Shown here: positions 49,971-63,794 of the stretch, one piece after another
Layout: every line of letters starts with the position of its first letter
Position numbering within the stretch: position 1 is the first letter of the stretch
Assembly (NCBI GenBank): GCA_964036045.1
Contig: OZ038378.1
Span: 196,788,001 to 196,852,000 of the forward strand
Direction: 5' to 3'
DNA length: 64,000 nucleotides
Source of the DNA: Eutreptiella sp. 'Long Island Sound 2002'
Taxonomy: Eukaryota > Protista > Euglenida
Position numbers and translations under genes: made by a program
The notes under the pieces: model-generated
Seen by the model: the letters and a program-made list of their open reading frames with translations, nothing else
Told to the model about the DNA's origin: nothing
Database searches by the model: none

Positions 49971-52900
49971 CTAGTGCCCAATCCGGTTCCATCGATGGAG
50001 GGTGTTCAAGTTGTACCGCGACCTTTGGACTCCGCAGCTGAGGCCTCTCAGGTATGTGCCGCCTGCTTAACAGAGGGGGTTGGTTGAAGACTGTCCGCAA
50101 AGGGGTGGCTAGCATCGTTGGCGTGGAGGTCGCAGTGTGGCATGGAGGTTCATGGAGCTCTGAAGAACAGTTGAGAACACCTGCGACGCACAGTGGACTT
50201 CTCAGCAGGAATGCGTTGAGGACATTTATTTACGTGCTGCTCACAGGTGCAGAAGGACGCTGACAGCTTGTGGCCTCCGTCAGACGTTTCAGCACCTCAG
50301 ATCAGCCTCTCTCGCCGTTTTTAGCTTTGGGGCCCAGAATTGCACCATGTCGACAAAACCAAGTGTGTCCCATCACCAGCACCCGATTGCAGCACTCTAT
50401 TGTTTATAATTGTTCGGTTGGAGGATAGGGCTCTGGTCTATGCTCACCCCCTTGGGGTTTTGCCCCATTTCTGCTCCTTATTGTTTTGTTTACTGTTTGT
50501 CATGTCGGTTTTTCAGTCAATTTCCAAATTAGGTTGCACCCCCCCCCCCCCGTTCCGGCGCAGATGCACTTATGCCTGACTGTGGAGTGCATTTCCTCAA
50601 GTGTGCAATTTTTGCTGCACTGTCTGTTTTTCAATCTCATTCAATCTAATTAGGTCTCAGCCCCCCCCCCCCCCCCTCCGGCGCTTTGTAAGTATGCTCC
50701 AGTAGCTCTTGGTAGGTGACTGTGTTAAACAAGGTTAGTGTACCAAAAGCCGCTAGTTTCAGAGAGCAATTCGCCCCCCCCCCCCCCCTCTCCCGAGAGG
50801 AAGGTCACAGGGTGGTGAGAGGCCGATGGGCACCACGGCCCATGGAGGGAAAGGGTCGATGGGCACCACGGCCTACGGAGGGAAAGGGTCCAAGGGAAGG
50901 GCAGCGAATGGCGATCGGCCAGTAGGCGCCGCCAGCTGCAGACGAGAACAACACACCATGACGTCATGGCAAATCCCCCTCCCCAATTGCGGGGAAGTCA
51001 CCCCTCAAGCGGACATCCTAGTGACCCCCCAAGCGGACATCCTGGGGCCCGCCGTTGAGGAGGGTTCCCCCACCACCGGTATGGGATGTTCACTTGGACG
51101 TACCTGGCCAACAGCGCGGTTGGTTGCCCTCCTCTGTTTGGACCCGACATAGAGCAGTAAAACAGGGACAGTCCGGGGGTTCTGTTCGCACAACCCACCA
51201 AGGTAAAGGAGGGTGAGTAGGGAGAAGAGGATAGGCCAGGCAGAGGGAGGGCACAAGGTGGTGAGAGATCGATGGGTGTCGCCAAATGCCCTATCATTTG
51301 GTTCTCTCGGTTGTACGTGTCCTCTTGCGGTTTAGCATGCTCTCATGTGTCAGGATTCTGAAAAACCTACGTTGGCCATGATCCTCCAGATGATGAGTCG
51401 GAAGAGTGTGGGCAGCATATTGCGTGTGCTGCAACATCACTGGGTGATCAAGAGCTTCTTTTTGTTTGCTGGTGGTGGTGGATATGGGAGGGGGGGGGGC
51501 ATAACCCGCCAGTGTTTGCAGCAGATACCTGATGACCACAGTGCAAGATGCAAGTTGTGCGGCCCTTCACATTCCTAATTCTCCAAGCCCAAACACAGAA
51601 TCGGTCTGGTGCACAGCTGTGCGTATGTACTGGGGTCAGCTCTTGGCTGACAGGACGGCTGAGGACCCTCCAGGCAGTACTGACACAATCTTTCACTTGC
51701 ATATGAACATCGTTACATATTGTGGGGTGTGTGGTTAGCTGTGTGTGTGTGTGTGTGTGTGCGTGCGTGGTCCATGGCAAAGTAGCAGGCTGGTAGTGGC
51801 TCTTCACACCTAACGTGCAGACAGGCCTTGGGCCCTTGGATGCTGCACCTGTGCACGCGGCGCTCCTTTGGGGACGGTGGACTGCGTGTGAATGGGCATG
51901 GTAATGTTTGCACATTTGCACAACTGTGATTGAAGCCATGACCCATCCCCAGCAAGACATTTCTATCTTTCCAGTTGTTGTGTTTTTTTTTATCTTTCCA
52001 TCATTTTGAGATCTACTGTTGCATTCTGCTGCCACATGAGTATCGCAGGATGCCCAAAATCTCCAGTGCAAAATGCCTGTTTCAGGGACGGTGGACTTTG
52101 TGTGAATTGATTTGCACATTTGTACAAGTCATGACCCATCCCCAGCAAGACATTGACATCTTTCCAGTTGTTATGTTCAAATTTTTTTGTTTTTTGAGAT
52201 GCACTATAACATTCTGCTGCCAGAGCACCAGTCAGAGCACCTGCATATTGCAGGATGCGTAGCATCTCCAGCACGTGGTTTGGTATCCAGTAGGCCAGCG
52301 GGGTAAAGGATACCTCAGACCCCCCCCCCCCCCGCATTTTCAATCTGCTAAATCTAGGTCTCACCTTCCCTGCAATCACATTTCACAGGAGTTACTTCAT
52401 CTTTTCATTTGAACTTCGTACATTGGGTTTCATGCCCCCTTCAATTTCACGGTTATGGTTTCCAGCCCAGCATTTTGTCCACAGGCCACCAAGTGAACGA
52501 AAGGCTCAAGGAAGCTCTTGAATGTTCAACTGTGGACACGTCGCTGACAAAAGCGTTGCTGGTGTTTCAGAAATGCAGTCTGTAGTGCATGGCAGCCCCA
52601 TACACTGCATACCATTTGCGAGTCTTCACAAGAAGACAAAACCTGTTTTCATTTTGTAGCAGCCCATTTCACAAGGTCACCTTTTGTTGCAGAATGGAAT
52701 CGAGTGGGCACCTAATTTTGGTGCCAACGTGTGCATTTTGACACCCATCCACGTGTTCATGGGGCCATTCAATTTACAGCACTGGGTGAACAGAGTTGCC
52801 CTCCAATTGGACACCATGAAGGCCGGAGATGCATCTAAGAAATTAAGCGCCATCCCGTCGAGCTCAAACGTTCGACGGCTACAGTTTGTTCTGTTATCCT

Positions 52901-55900
52901 GCATGGCAGATTTCTCTGTGTTTGGGCATTTTGTGTGTGTGTGTGTGTGTGGGTGGGTGGGTGTGGGTGTGGGTGTGGGTGTGTGTTGCGTTGCCTGGTG
53001 ATCCTCGCCTATGGCCAATTCTAAGAATGTTGGTTTTGGGGAACAGAGAGGTTGTGGATTTGGTCAATCTGGATGGTGTCAGATAGGATTATGGATTTTC
53101 TGCGCTGTTTGTTTGCCTGTTCATTTCCACAGAAACTGTCAGATTTCTTCATTTTGATGGTTTCATGAGCCCTGATGATTGTGTTTGAGAAGCGCCACAA
53201 TGGAGTTTGGGATGTGGCAGGTGGTGGACAGTTGTTTCCTTCAGCAAACCACTGCTCACCAAACACGTGAATGCCTTGTTACAATTTATTTCCAAAGAGC
53301 CCCCCCCCCCCCCTTTTGTAGAGGTTACGCCCTTGTCCAAGCTACAGTCACAGTAGGCGTAGGGGTCGTAATAATTTTGTACGTAATTTACACATACAAC
53401 TGCCGCACGCATGTGCCCTGGCCACATGTGCTGAAATTGGCAATTCAGGACCTATGGGATGCATCAGACAAAAAAACTTCCTGGTGCACCTGGTGCACCA
53501 GCAGGGGGCCACATGTGCTGAAATTGGCAAATGTGACGACAAACCCATGTCTTATGTGGCCGCACAACATTTCGTGCGTTGTGCGCAAGCCACACCTTTG
53601 TCCAAGTAGGCGTAGGGACCGTAATAATTGTAAACATTGGCGAAAAAATTGTGAACATTGGCATAGCTAGGGGTGGGGGGGGGCAAATTGCTTATTGCAT
53701 ATTTGACTGTTTTCTACTCCAAGAAGCAGTCCCCACTTTTTATTTGCAAATTGATGGATGTGACGGAACGGTCACTGTGCATTTGGGAATTAACTCCAGG
53801 AGTACAAAGATTTCATGGTACAAAACTACATCGCAATAGGATAAACATTGAATTGAATTCCACAAAAAGAAAAAGGGGCGAAAGGCATCAAAATGACAAA
53901 ATAGAAACAACACAGAGGCGTGTGACACAATTTTACTGTGCAATGGTTGGTTGCATCGGTATTGAATTTTGATGAGAATTCATAGAAAACACAACCCTAT
54001 CACAAACAACACAACAGCTTCATGAACTCAACCACCCAAGCCAATCAAGTGCACTGTCTGTGGTAGGAAACAAGCAGCAAGCACCTAAACCTCTAGCTAT
54101 CACAAATGCATAGTTTTTATCAAAAGTCAATACTTTTGCCACAACATATTGTGGAGCTATAAAAGACAACCATGAACATTTGCAGGCAATAGTCGCACAT
54201 CGGGTACGTAGCAAGATGGCATATTATGGTTTTCTTAATTATTAATTGAAGCAAAGGAAAAATAGGGGTCTTCGGGAGTCGGAGCCCTAACTAGGCTGAC
54301 AATTACACAACAAGCCAAACCGGCTGCCCCCCCCCCTTCTTTTTTTCTTTTTTTTCCAAACTGCCAATATTAAAATTTGCCGTGTCGGGTTGGCCAAGAT
54401 GTATTATGCTATCGGGATTGTATCCATCCGTGTGTTTTGCAAGTGTTGTGGTCCTGAGATCCTGCATCTCGACCACGGCCGAGTGCAGAAAGTCTTCCGA
54501 GGTGTTCCTCTCCTATGTGAGGAGAATTGGCTCCACTAGGTTGCGCGTCAACATGGAAACAACATCGAAAATTCTTTTGCTATTTCGGTGTTGACACAGC
54601 TGCCGCTAGAAATGACCGGGCCTAGCCGGCATCCACAGACATGCCTAGTCGAAGCTGCTTTGAGATGTAAATCACATGTGTCGCCAAGGTAATCCATCGC
54701 CATAGCAAGTTTGGGCTAGCCTCAACGGCATCACCTGCTCACCTGTTCCTCGCGCGCAACGCGCCTCAACATCCAAGAACACCAGAGGGACGTCGCCAGC
54801 AGCGCGAAGAGGCCAAGTGTCTCATCCGGCAGCATATACCGCAGGCACCAGAAGCCTCAATCTCTGGATTGGACGCTAGCGGTCACTAATTGTAAAAATC
54901 ACTTCGTACAGGTTGTTAGATCAAAACTAGGCACAAATGAAAAGAAACAATAAAAAAACAGATACGAAAAGCCGCAGGGGCAAATGAAAAGAAAAACATT
55001 CATAAAGTAAAAGCATAGCTAAAAAAACATGTTTGCACTTTACAAAAAAAATAGGTAAAAAATGGTTGCACTTTACAAAAAAAACTAAAGGGTGTCGCAT
55101 CGTACTGCCAAATGTGGTGCAGTTCAGAACATTTTATCAAAGAAGAAGGAAGCATTGCAAATGGTTGTCAGAAGTAGAAAACATTTTCTAAAAAATGGAG
55201 AAAAATTTTGAAAAGTTTTGGTAATTTTCAAAGTATTTGGTAATATTTTCTGTTTCGAAACTAAGCTAAGAGCATTCTGATGTCTTTTAAAAAAAGAAGC
55301 CTGGTGTCTGAAAAAGAAATGGAGGCACGCCAATGAACCATGCATGCAAAATAGGCTTCACCACAAGCGCAGTTCGAAATACATGAACGACGGGTCTCGG
55401 TAAGACATCAAGAAGAGTTAAGATGGACAAACTAACGGCCTTCAAGCATCTCTACACGCCACCATAGAACTGACATGTCTTGAGTGCAAATTCTAGCCGC
55501 AAGCACGGAAAAAAAATCCTCGTTCATGAAACCCAGAATGCATGCAAACAATAGGTTTATGATTAATTCCCAGCACCATAGGATTGATCAGGCGGTAAAA
55601 TATTTCGAAACCCACAGAACTGTAAAACTTCTGCGTGCTACACTATAGTAGCAAGATAGTTTGAGAGCCGCGAAAAGTGTACAATGTGGCAACAATATGT
55701 CGATATCTCGACAACAAATCTCAAACACAACACCGCTACCAAATAGCAAGCAACAACGCACAAAATATGAACTTCACGAATAGTGGGATAAAAGCCAAAT
55801 TGTCCATGTCCACTTTGTCGTTCATGGGCTGATTATACTTAGGACATGGCTCTTTTTGTACAAAACCATGACAATATTATAATACATGTAACGTATACCT

Positions 55901-58900
55901 TAGACGAGTATGTTGCAAATGAAAAAAAATGAAATGTAATTAAGCAACGGAAACAACGATAATAACAGATCAAAATGGAAAACAACAAATCCAGAGTGCA
56001 GATCCGGAGTGCAACGGCGACGTTGGTACATGCATGCCTGTCGGCCCCGGACATGCCAAAATGCCATTGTTGCAAACCTGGGTCCGCAAAAGCTGCGTGA
56101 GAAATGCACAACATATTGCCATGTGTATAAATCACGTTGTGTGAAAAAATAGGCTTAATAGTTGCTCAGCCTTAACCCGCCTTCCCACCAATGATGAAAC
56201 AGAAGAATAGTCTGGCCTGGCCAACCAAACACGCATCATCTAAAGATGTACAGCGTAAATTGCACCATCTGTAAAACATAACAATCGCAACAAAGCATGG
56301 TTGTGGCATAGTCCTACTAGAAGTTAGTGGATCTGGCAGTGTAGCGCGATAGAAACATGCCATCTGGTGCGGCCACATGCACCCCCGTGGACCCCCTGGC
56401 ACAACCTTAAACAGACCAACGGCAGTGCTTACCTGTTCCGTCTCCAACAGGTCAACGAGCAACAATACCCAACTGCTGCTACCCAACAATATGGGTAGCA
56501 GCAGTGTAGGTCCGAGCCCGAAAAGCTCGCCGCAAAGTCAGGTAGAGCAAGCCATGTGCACCCCCACCATGGTCTCACAGTAGTTGTCCGCCACAGTCAC
56601 ATGAAAGACTCCTTATAGTATGCATACCGAACCTACACCATATACAAAATGCCGGCGTCCACCCACGATACAGCAGCATCAATGAAATCTTGTCAACTCG
56701 ACTGGGTAATGTTGAAGCAGCCACATCAACCAACGGATTAATTCAGCCGCATTGGAAACAAAAGCTGGCGGCCAAATATGCAAACACAATCGCAATAGCC
56801 GTGAAGAAACACAAGAAAATATTGGTTGCCATACAACACTCGACTGAAGGCGCTGATATAACTGCAGCCCAAGCAAAGGCAATACGGGTACTGCGAGGGC
56901 TAGAGCCAAAGGAGCGTTACCAACTTTAGGCTGCGGAAAGGGCCGCCGCCATCATAATTTTCTCACCAAGGCCAAGTGTGACGAGGGTCTCTCCAGGGTA
57001 ACCTGTCCCGGTTCTTCATCTTGGTATATTTTTTGCTGTTGTGCCAACACCCCAGAACTCTCCCTGTTTTTTGAACGACTCCTAGGGACCTCCCCGGTGC
57101 CCTAATGAAAAGCAACTTCACCACCAACACCCATCTAAAACCTGGTCCCCAAAACCGTCCAATTACCTCCAAGCCCCTAATGGTACCCTTGCGGCACGTT
57201 CGGTGCCCCAAGGAGTACCGCTAGGTAGAAAACATTGTACATAATCTCGCATGTGTGATGTCTGAAATTGTATCTCATTGAAAAACTTTGTGACGTGTTA
57301 AAAAAACTGAGTTTTCTGAGAGTTTTGGGTATTCGCAAACATCTGCAGCCTTGTGCCCCTTCTTCACATGTAGCGGTCCACGTACATGGGTTTGGGAAGA
57401 GAAACAGAGCTGGTGGCAGCACAAGATGAGGCACACACAAAACAGCAAAAGATGAGGAGCACACAAAACTGTAAAAAGCGAAACACACCTCAGCAGTTAC
57501 CTACGCTCGGGGTGGGGCCGCCACCGGCCTGTAGCCCAGTTGAAAAATCGAACCAGGGTCCCCGGTTGATGGGTCTATGCGTTTGACAATTGTAGTGGAT
57601 CCCGCCTCTTGATACGGCTGGGGTTTCACGGCACATATGCGGTGCACGATCCATCTTTTTCAGCCGAAACCCCGTCTAGTTACCGGAGCACGAAGTCGGC
57701 GTGCTGCCAATTTGGCATACGCTGTTTTTTTTTTTTTTTGCTTGATGAAGGTCGACAATCATTCTTTGAGACACTATGCTAACAAAAGGTTCAGTAGGAC
57801 CTTTTGTGCACCTTTTTTCCTCTCAAAGCTTCGAGCTGGGTCCTTCTAAAACTTGTAAGCATCCTCTTGCCTGTCATGCTGGCTCGCTGGTGCCCGCATT
57901 ATTCTGTGTTAGGAATCGCCATGCAGAAGAATGATAGGCCCTTGGAACGCCGGATCCCTGTCCGACAGCAGATGTAAGGCTGAAGTGTGCCGAAATCGGT
58001 GTGCACCATGCCGAGTTAGGCCGTTTTCGGCGTGCCCCCAAAAGTCCGGTTTGCACCCCCAAGTAGGAGAAAGACAGTGGCGTTATCCATAATCCTGCAC
58101 CATGTGCAGAATGGAGCCCATGTGGACGCTCAGTGTTAGGGTGAAACAATACAAGTAAAGACAGTTGCAGATGTCTTGCTCAGGAAAGTGGGCTGCACTG
58201 TTGCACATAATGGGTGCAGTCTTGCGACGATGCATCAATGAAGGGATCAACATGTGAATTGGCGTCGCCGCCAGATAGGGCTGTCGCGCTCCTCCTTTAC
58301 CAGGTACATCTGTTGCAAGAGTTGAGTCGTACAACAGGCCAAGGAGATGGGGTTTGGATCCAGGGTATTGGACATTAGTTGTGAGATAACGTGCGGGGCA
58401 CCAATCTGGGAATGGGTTGAAGAGAATGCTGCTGCATCTCTTTGCACAGATTTGGACACAATGTGGGGCAGAATTGGGTGCAGCAGGTCGAGGGGTGGAG
58501 TTGTGGTTCAGGGTTTTTGACACTGCCTTTCGATGGGGTTTGGGACAAAGGTGAAGGGCACCGCTTTGAGGAGAGGTTTAAGAGATTGCTGATAGCCATG
58601 AAACTATTTGTTGTAGTCAGTTTGGGTGGTGTCATACATTCAAGACAGATGCAGACAGACAGAAACCCAATCCCAGGATGGTGCCCTAAAGCTTGTCCCA
58701 ACCCCATCTGAGACTCAACCATATGCCTCTTGTGCCGAACTCATGATGCTCCACAGGGAAAGAAAGAAGGACTACAGGTACTGACTGTTCATATGCATGA
58801 AATGCAAGATTTTTCAGCATATCATAAATAGTTAAAAAAAAAAGTCAAAAATTGACGTACCGTATGTGAGAGTGGTCTCACAACCCATAATATTATGCAT

Positions 58901-60381
58901 CACACATGAGATGACCCATGATGAAGGAATGCCAAGTGGCACGGGTCAACTCACCAAGGAAAAAGAGATATAAAAGAATTGCAGAGTTAAAATCTGACCA
59001 TGTTGGGGATTGGATATCTCAATGCTCACGGATGAAACGCATATGAATCATTTGTGGATCTGTGGTGGGCTCCAAATGACATGAACTCAGGCACAAAATG
59101 GGAGAGGCTCCTGGCCAGTGTATGGCCTTGGAATACAGGTCAGGATTTGGGATTTGGGCTCGTACTTGGCCAAGGTTCGAAGGGAAGGGGACTGTGCTGG
59201 GACCTGGTCTGGGACACAGCTAAGGCTTCCACTTACTCTTTGGGAGAAGGGTTGGGACCAAGTTTTGCAGAGGATTGGAAACGGTGACAGGGAAACCCGG
59301 ATGGAACTTAGTGTACAGTTGGGAATGGGTTCACTGAAGATTTTGGGAGGGTTTGGCAACAGGGCAGGATTGGGCTCTGCGTAGGACACCCTGCGACTGC
59401 ATTCGGGACCAAGATTTGGTCCAGGTTTGGCTCAGGCTTTGGTAACGATTGCGCACTATGTTAAAACACCAAAAAAATAAGTTTGTTTCAAAGAACGAGG
59501 TCTGTCAGGCTGGCAGAAATCCTGTTCATTGTGTATAAGTATTGCTACAGAAGAAACCTACTATGTAGATCCTGTAGGGACACACTGTGGTAGTCCTAAT
59601 GTTTGTTCCTTTGAAGCACGAATTGGGTGAGGGGGAGCACTAGATTTTCATGCGACTTTGTTTTTCTTCGTGTGAATGGTTTTCTTTCGGAAGAACCATA
59701 TAAAAAAGTGTGAGGGCTAAAGCTGTGGGACTTTGTGAGATTGCGATACAATCTAAAGCTTTGTTGCCAATATGTCTGGACTTTTGGTGCACACACGTTG
59801 CAGGGAGGTTGTGGCACTAAGTGTGCCTCACATTACTTGTTCCGAAGTGCCAACAATCCAATGTGTATTATCTCCCAGCAATCCTCTTCATAGCAGGATA
59901 CCATCAGTCTACTGTCTTGTGCTCTTCCTCTTGGATGGGCAGTTACATAGTGGACTGGTTTGTTGCTTTGATGGGTGGGGAGTCGGGGGATTTATGCCCT
60001 TGAAGCGGTGGATACCTTGGAGGCATATCCCCCCAGGTGGGGGGGGGGGGGGGCTAAGTGGGGTTTATCACCCGTTTGGGGAGTTTGCATCGAACACGGC
60101 TTCAGATACGTCGCAAGCACACCATCTCCAGTCCAGACTTATAATGACATGACGATTTACGGAATGCGCTGAGATCGGCGTTTCAGCCATCGTCGTACAT
60201 GTGTTCCTCAGTCGGAAGCAATCAAATGGAAAGCCTCCAAAATGATTCTCATGGACTGCTCGTTAATTGAGTCAAGAAACGCAAGTTGGAACTATGTCCC
60301 CAGCTTCTGGAGAAGAATCGGCGCAGCATCGGGCTTAGCTGGTGTTGGTACAGCCTTGGCGGCGTGCCCCTCCACTTTCGT

Positions 60382-61603
60382 TTACCAGTCCACCGGTTGG
60401 AAATTGCGCAACAGGCACCCGGTGACGGGAGGTGCCCCATTGAGGGCGCTCAGAATGGGGTCCAGCACCCGAGCCGCCCCGTCCTCCGCTGTGAGGGGGG
60501 GGGTGACCTGCAGGTGGGGCTGGGCCTCCGCCAGCGCCTCGGGCTTCATGCGCGAGATCCAGCCCGTGTCCACCGACACCACCGCGACGCCGTCCCGCGC
60601 GAGGGCGTCGGCCACGGAGCACGTCATCATGTTCAGCGAGGCCTTGGCCATGTTCGTGTGCGGGTGGGCGGGCCCCTTGGCCCCGGGCCCCCGGAACGAG
60701 CCCTCCTGCGACGTCACGTTCACCACGAACCGCATCTGCCGCGCGAGCCCGCGACGCCACTCGGGGCTGTTCTTGTGCGGCGGGACGCGGGCCGGCGCTC
60801 CGGACAGCACTTCCGCCGGCGTGGCCGGGATCGGGGGGCGGCCGGGCGACGGGGCCCCCGCGGGCGGTGGCGCGGGACCGGCCAGCAAACAGGGCTTGAG
60901 GGCGCTGAGCAGCGTAAAGGGGGCCATGGCATTGACCAGCTGCACCTCGAGGCCCTCCACCCACGAGATCTCCCCGAGTTGCGCGGTCCAGCTCGTGGCA
61001 GCCCGCCGATCCGGCGGTTCCTCCGTCGGCGCCTGCAGCGCCTCCGTGCCACCTCCCGCGGAGGCGGAGACGGACGCCACCTCGGCACAGGAGTTTCCGT
61101 TGCCTGTCGGTGCCCTCCCAATTCCTGCCCCTGCCCCCGTCTCTGTCTCTGTCTCCGCCCCCGTCTCTGGGACAGCGTCTGTAGATGCGCCGACAGACTC
61201 GGCACTCGCCTGAGGCAGCGCAGGCGTCAGCCCCGGAAGGTCATCAGACGCGATGCGCTGCAGAGCCACCGCGTCGGTGGCCTGCAGCAGCCGCCCCTGC
61301 AGACTCGGCGGCAGCGCCGTCTCCTCCGCTGCCACAAGCCCCGCGTAATGGGCCGCCGGGCGCCGCACGGTCTGCGCCGCGTTGTTGATGATGATGTCGA
61401 TCCGCGGGAAGCGCGCGGCCAGCGTCTCCCCCAGGGCTACCACCGCCGGGACGGCCCGGAAGTCCACACCGCAGACCCAAAGCCGCCCCACCCACTCGCC
61501 CGCGTCCGGCTCTCGTGCGTAGCGGCGGAGGCAGTCCTTCGGAAACCGCGTTGTAACGACCACCTCAGCCCCGAGCCGCAGCAGCCGCAGGGCTGTGGCA
61601 TAC
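60382..61603 (-). CDS. Terminal exon: atypical short-chain dehydrogenase/reductase (NNAAQT, VNVTSQEG, HPHTNMAKASLNMM, VDTGW)
   Basis: Acceptor GTGTTAG|G completes the Gly codon (NIG-YATALRLL). SDR fold motifs present. Stop TAA at 60382-60384. Confidence 0.9.
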
Positions 61604-61705
61604 CTAACACGAAAGTGGGCCATGCAGCCCGTGGCCCAAGGGGCATCGTACCCCCGGCCTCATTCCAAACACACCACTATTTCGCCCCCCCCCCCCCCCT
61701 GTCAT

Positions 61706-61781
61706 CCTCCCTCCCTCCCTCCCTCCCTCCCTCCCTCCCTCCCTCCCTCCCTCCCTCCCTCCCTCCCTCCCTCCCTCCCTC
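61706..61781. repeat. (CCCT)n microsatellite
   Basis: Tandem tetramer next to the fold-back element. Confidence 0.95.
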
Positions 61782-61794
61782 CGTCTCCCTCACC

Positions 61795-62760
61795 CCTTTG
61801 CCCCCCCTGCCACCGGTCCCCCTCGTAGAAACGTGGTCAGAAAACAGGCCTCAAGTGGACAACGCGCTCAGGCACAGCACGGCTGCGCCATTGGCGTCGG
61901 CCTACAGAGAGACAGTCTGCGAATTCCCGGGTGTCTCTCGATGGGTGCGGCCATCAGACGTGCCACTCGCGTCCGCCAACCCAGACACAATCAGACGGAG
62001 CTGGGCCCTACTGAGCCACGCATTGAGTGCGACCAAGCCCTGATAAGTTCTGGACGTGAGTGGGGCGAGTCCTACTGAGTGGCGCATTGGACAAGGCCGA
62101 TTCCTAACGAGATCCGCAGCCCCTGCCAGGCGTTAGTGGCACGGCTGGCTGCGGATTCTTGGACGCGACTGGACGGACGATGCTCGGTCGATGAGGGGGG
62201 CTCGGGACGGAGGCTGTTAGGTCCTCGAGGTCTCGGGGTGGATGCGGCCTCCCTCCCTCACAAGATGGACCCCCAAGAAGATGGATTTCAGAACACCCCC
62301 CTCGCCAACGAACAGATCGCAGATATGCCGTTCGGGTCCGTTTCCCCGTCTCCGCACAGAGCACCCCCCTGTCCCCAGGGGGCAGCTGGTAGAGGCCTAC
62401 CAGAGCCATCCATGACAGGCTGCTGCACGACGGCAGGGCGCATGGGCACGTCGCTACTCGTGCAGGTCAGGTCAGGTATTGCCAGCCACCGCCGTCCGTC
62501 AGCCCCGCTATCAAGCGTCCGACGGCCGGGCGTCTGGCCGAAACACACGCACTCAGAGGCCCTGAGAAGGCACCAGCCGGTAGAGAAGGCACCTGCCCCA
62601 GACGGCCGCACCCATCGAGAGACACCCGGGAATTCGCAGACTGTCTCTCTGTAGGCCGACGCCAATGGCGCAGCCGTGCTGTGCCTGAGCGCGTTGTCCA
62701 CTTGAGGCCTGTTTTCTGACCACGTTTCTACGAGGGGGACCGGTGGGAGGGGGGCAAAGG
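61795..62760. mobile_element. Fold-back/MITE-like element with ~160-bp near-perfect terminal inverted repeats inside the SDR-gene intron
   Basis: 61795-61955 is the reverse complement of 62601-62760. Confidence 0.85.
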
Positions 62761-62988
62761 CTTGATCTGGGGAACTTGGGATGGCAGTGGTACCTCTACC
62801 TCATCCGGATCGCACCGTCCCCCGGGGGGAGCGCCCCGGATTGGCTGGTCCCGGGGCTGGGGGGCCCGCTCCGGCCCATCCGACGCAACAGTGCCACTAG
62901 TGCAGTCCACTGCCAAGAGGAGACTCGGGCCCGGTCTCGGGTCCCCAAGAGCGAACACCTCCGCGCGCAAACACACACCCCCACACAC

Positions 62989-63794
62989 CCGATGTTCACT
63001 CGGCCCCCGGTCACAACCGCGGTCTTCCCCCGGAGGTCTGCCGTCTGCCCCTTCTTCTCCGCATTGAGTGCCTCGCAGGCGGCGCACACGCGCGGCCGCT
63101 CCGCCACCGTCGCCGCCGGGTCGATGCGGCCCTGGCACATGTAGCACCGCGGCAGGAACTCGTTGCCGCGCCGGGACACCCACAAGTCCGTGGTCTTCCA
63201 CCGGACGCCCGGCAGCCCGTCCGCCTCGACGTTGAGCCCGAGCAGCACGTCGATCGACGCGTCGGACGCGGACTGCCGCCCGGCGATGTAGCGGTACCGC
63301 CCGGCCACAAGGTCCGTGTCCGAGGGATTCCACAGGCCAAGGCCCTGCGCGTCCACGCGCGCCCGCAGCCGCTCCCGGTTGGCCTCGTGCAGGGCCATGT
63401 ATTGGTCCAGATGACGCCCGGACTGCAGCCGTTTGGAAAACGGGAGCTCCACTTCGCCGTAGCCGAAATCATCGCCGGCGGTGATGCACGCCTCAAGGGC
63501 CGCGATGCGCCGGGCCGTCTCCTCGTCCAGGGTCTCCGGCAGGTCGCAGCGGGGGCTGTGCCGGCACACTTCGAAGAAGACGGTGCCAAAGCCCCGACGG
63601 CGGTACTTGAGGATCCGAGGGCCGGTCGACCACCGGCGGAGCTTTGCAGGCTCCACGAAGTTGTAGCCCGTTTGCAGGGCGCGGAGCGTGCGGGGGAGAC
63701 CCCAGAGCATGCGCCCGTCATAGCCCAGACAGACACAGTCGAGGTCAAAGAAGTTCAGTACTTCATCCATCCGCTGGTACAGGATGACCATGAC
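62989..63794 (-). CDS. Internal exon of a fusion protein: NTase-like domain (FDLDCVCLGYDG...RILKYRRRGF), CxxC-CxxC knuckle and start of the SDR (TGGRVNIG)
   Basis: Long GC-rich ORF. Acceptor CCCGTAG|GTC at 63794, donor GG|GTGTGT at 62988. The gene start lies beyond the window. Confidence 0.8.

Noticed and set aside
58375-59389. Gly/Trp-rich ORFs with GGGAC-like motifs
   Set aside because: No recognisable domain or splice context; probably degenerate repeat.
60286-62043. 585-aa plus-strand ORF
   Set aside because: Antisense shadow of the GC-rich SDR exon running into (CCCT)n.
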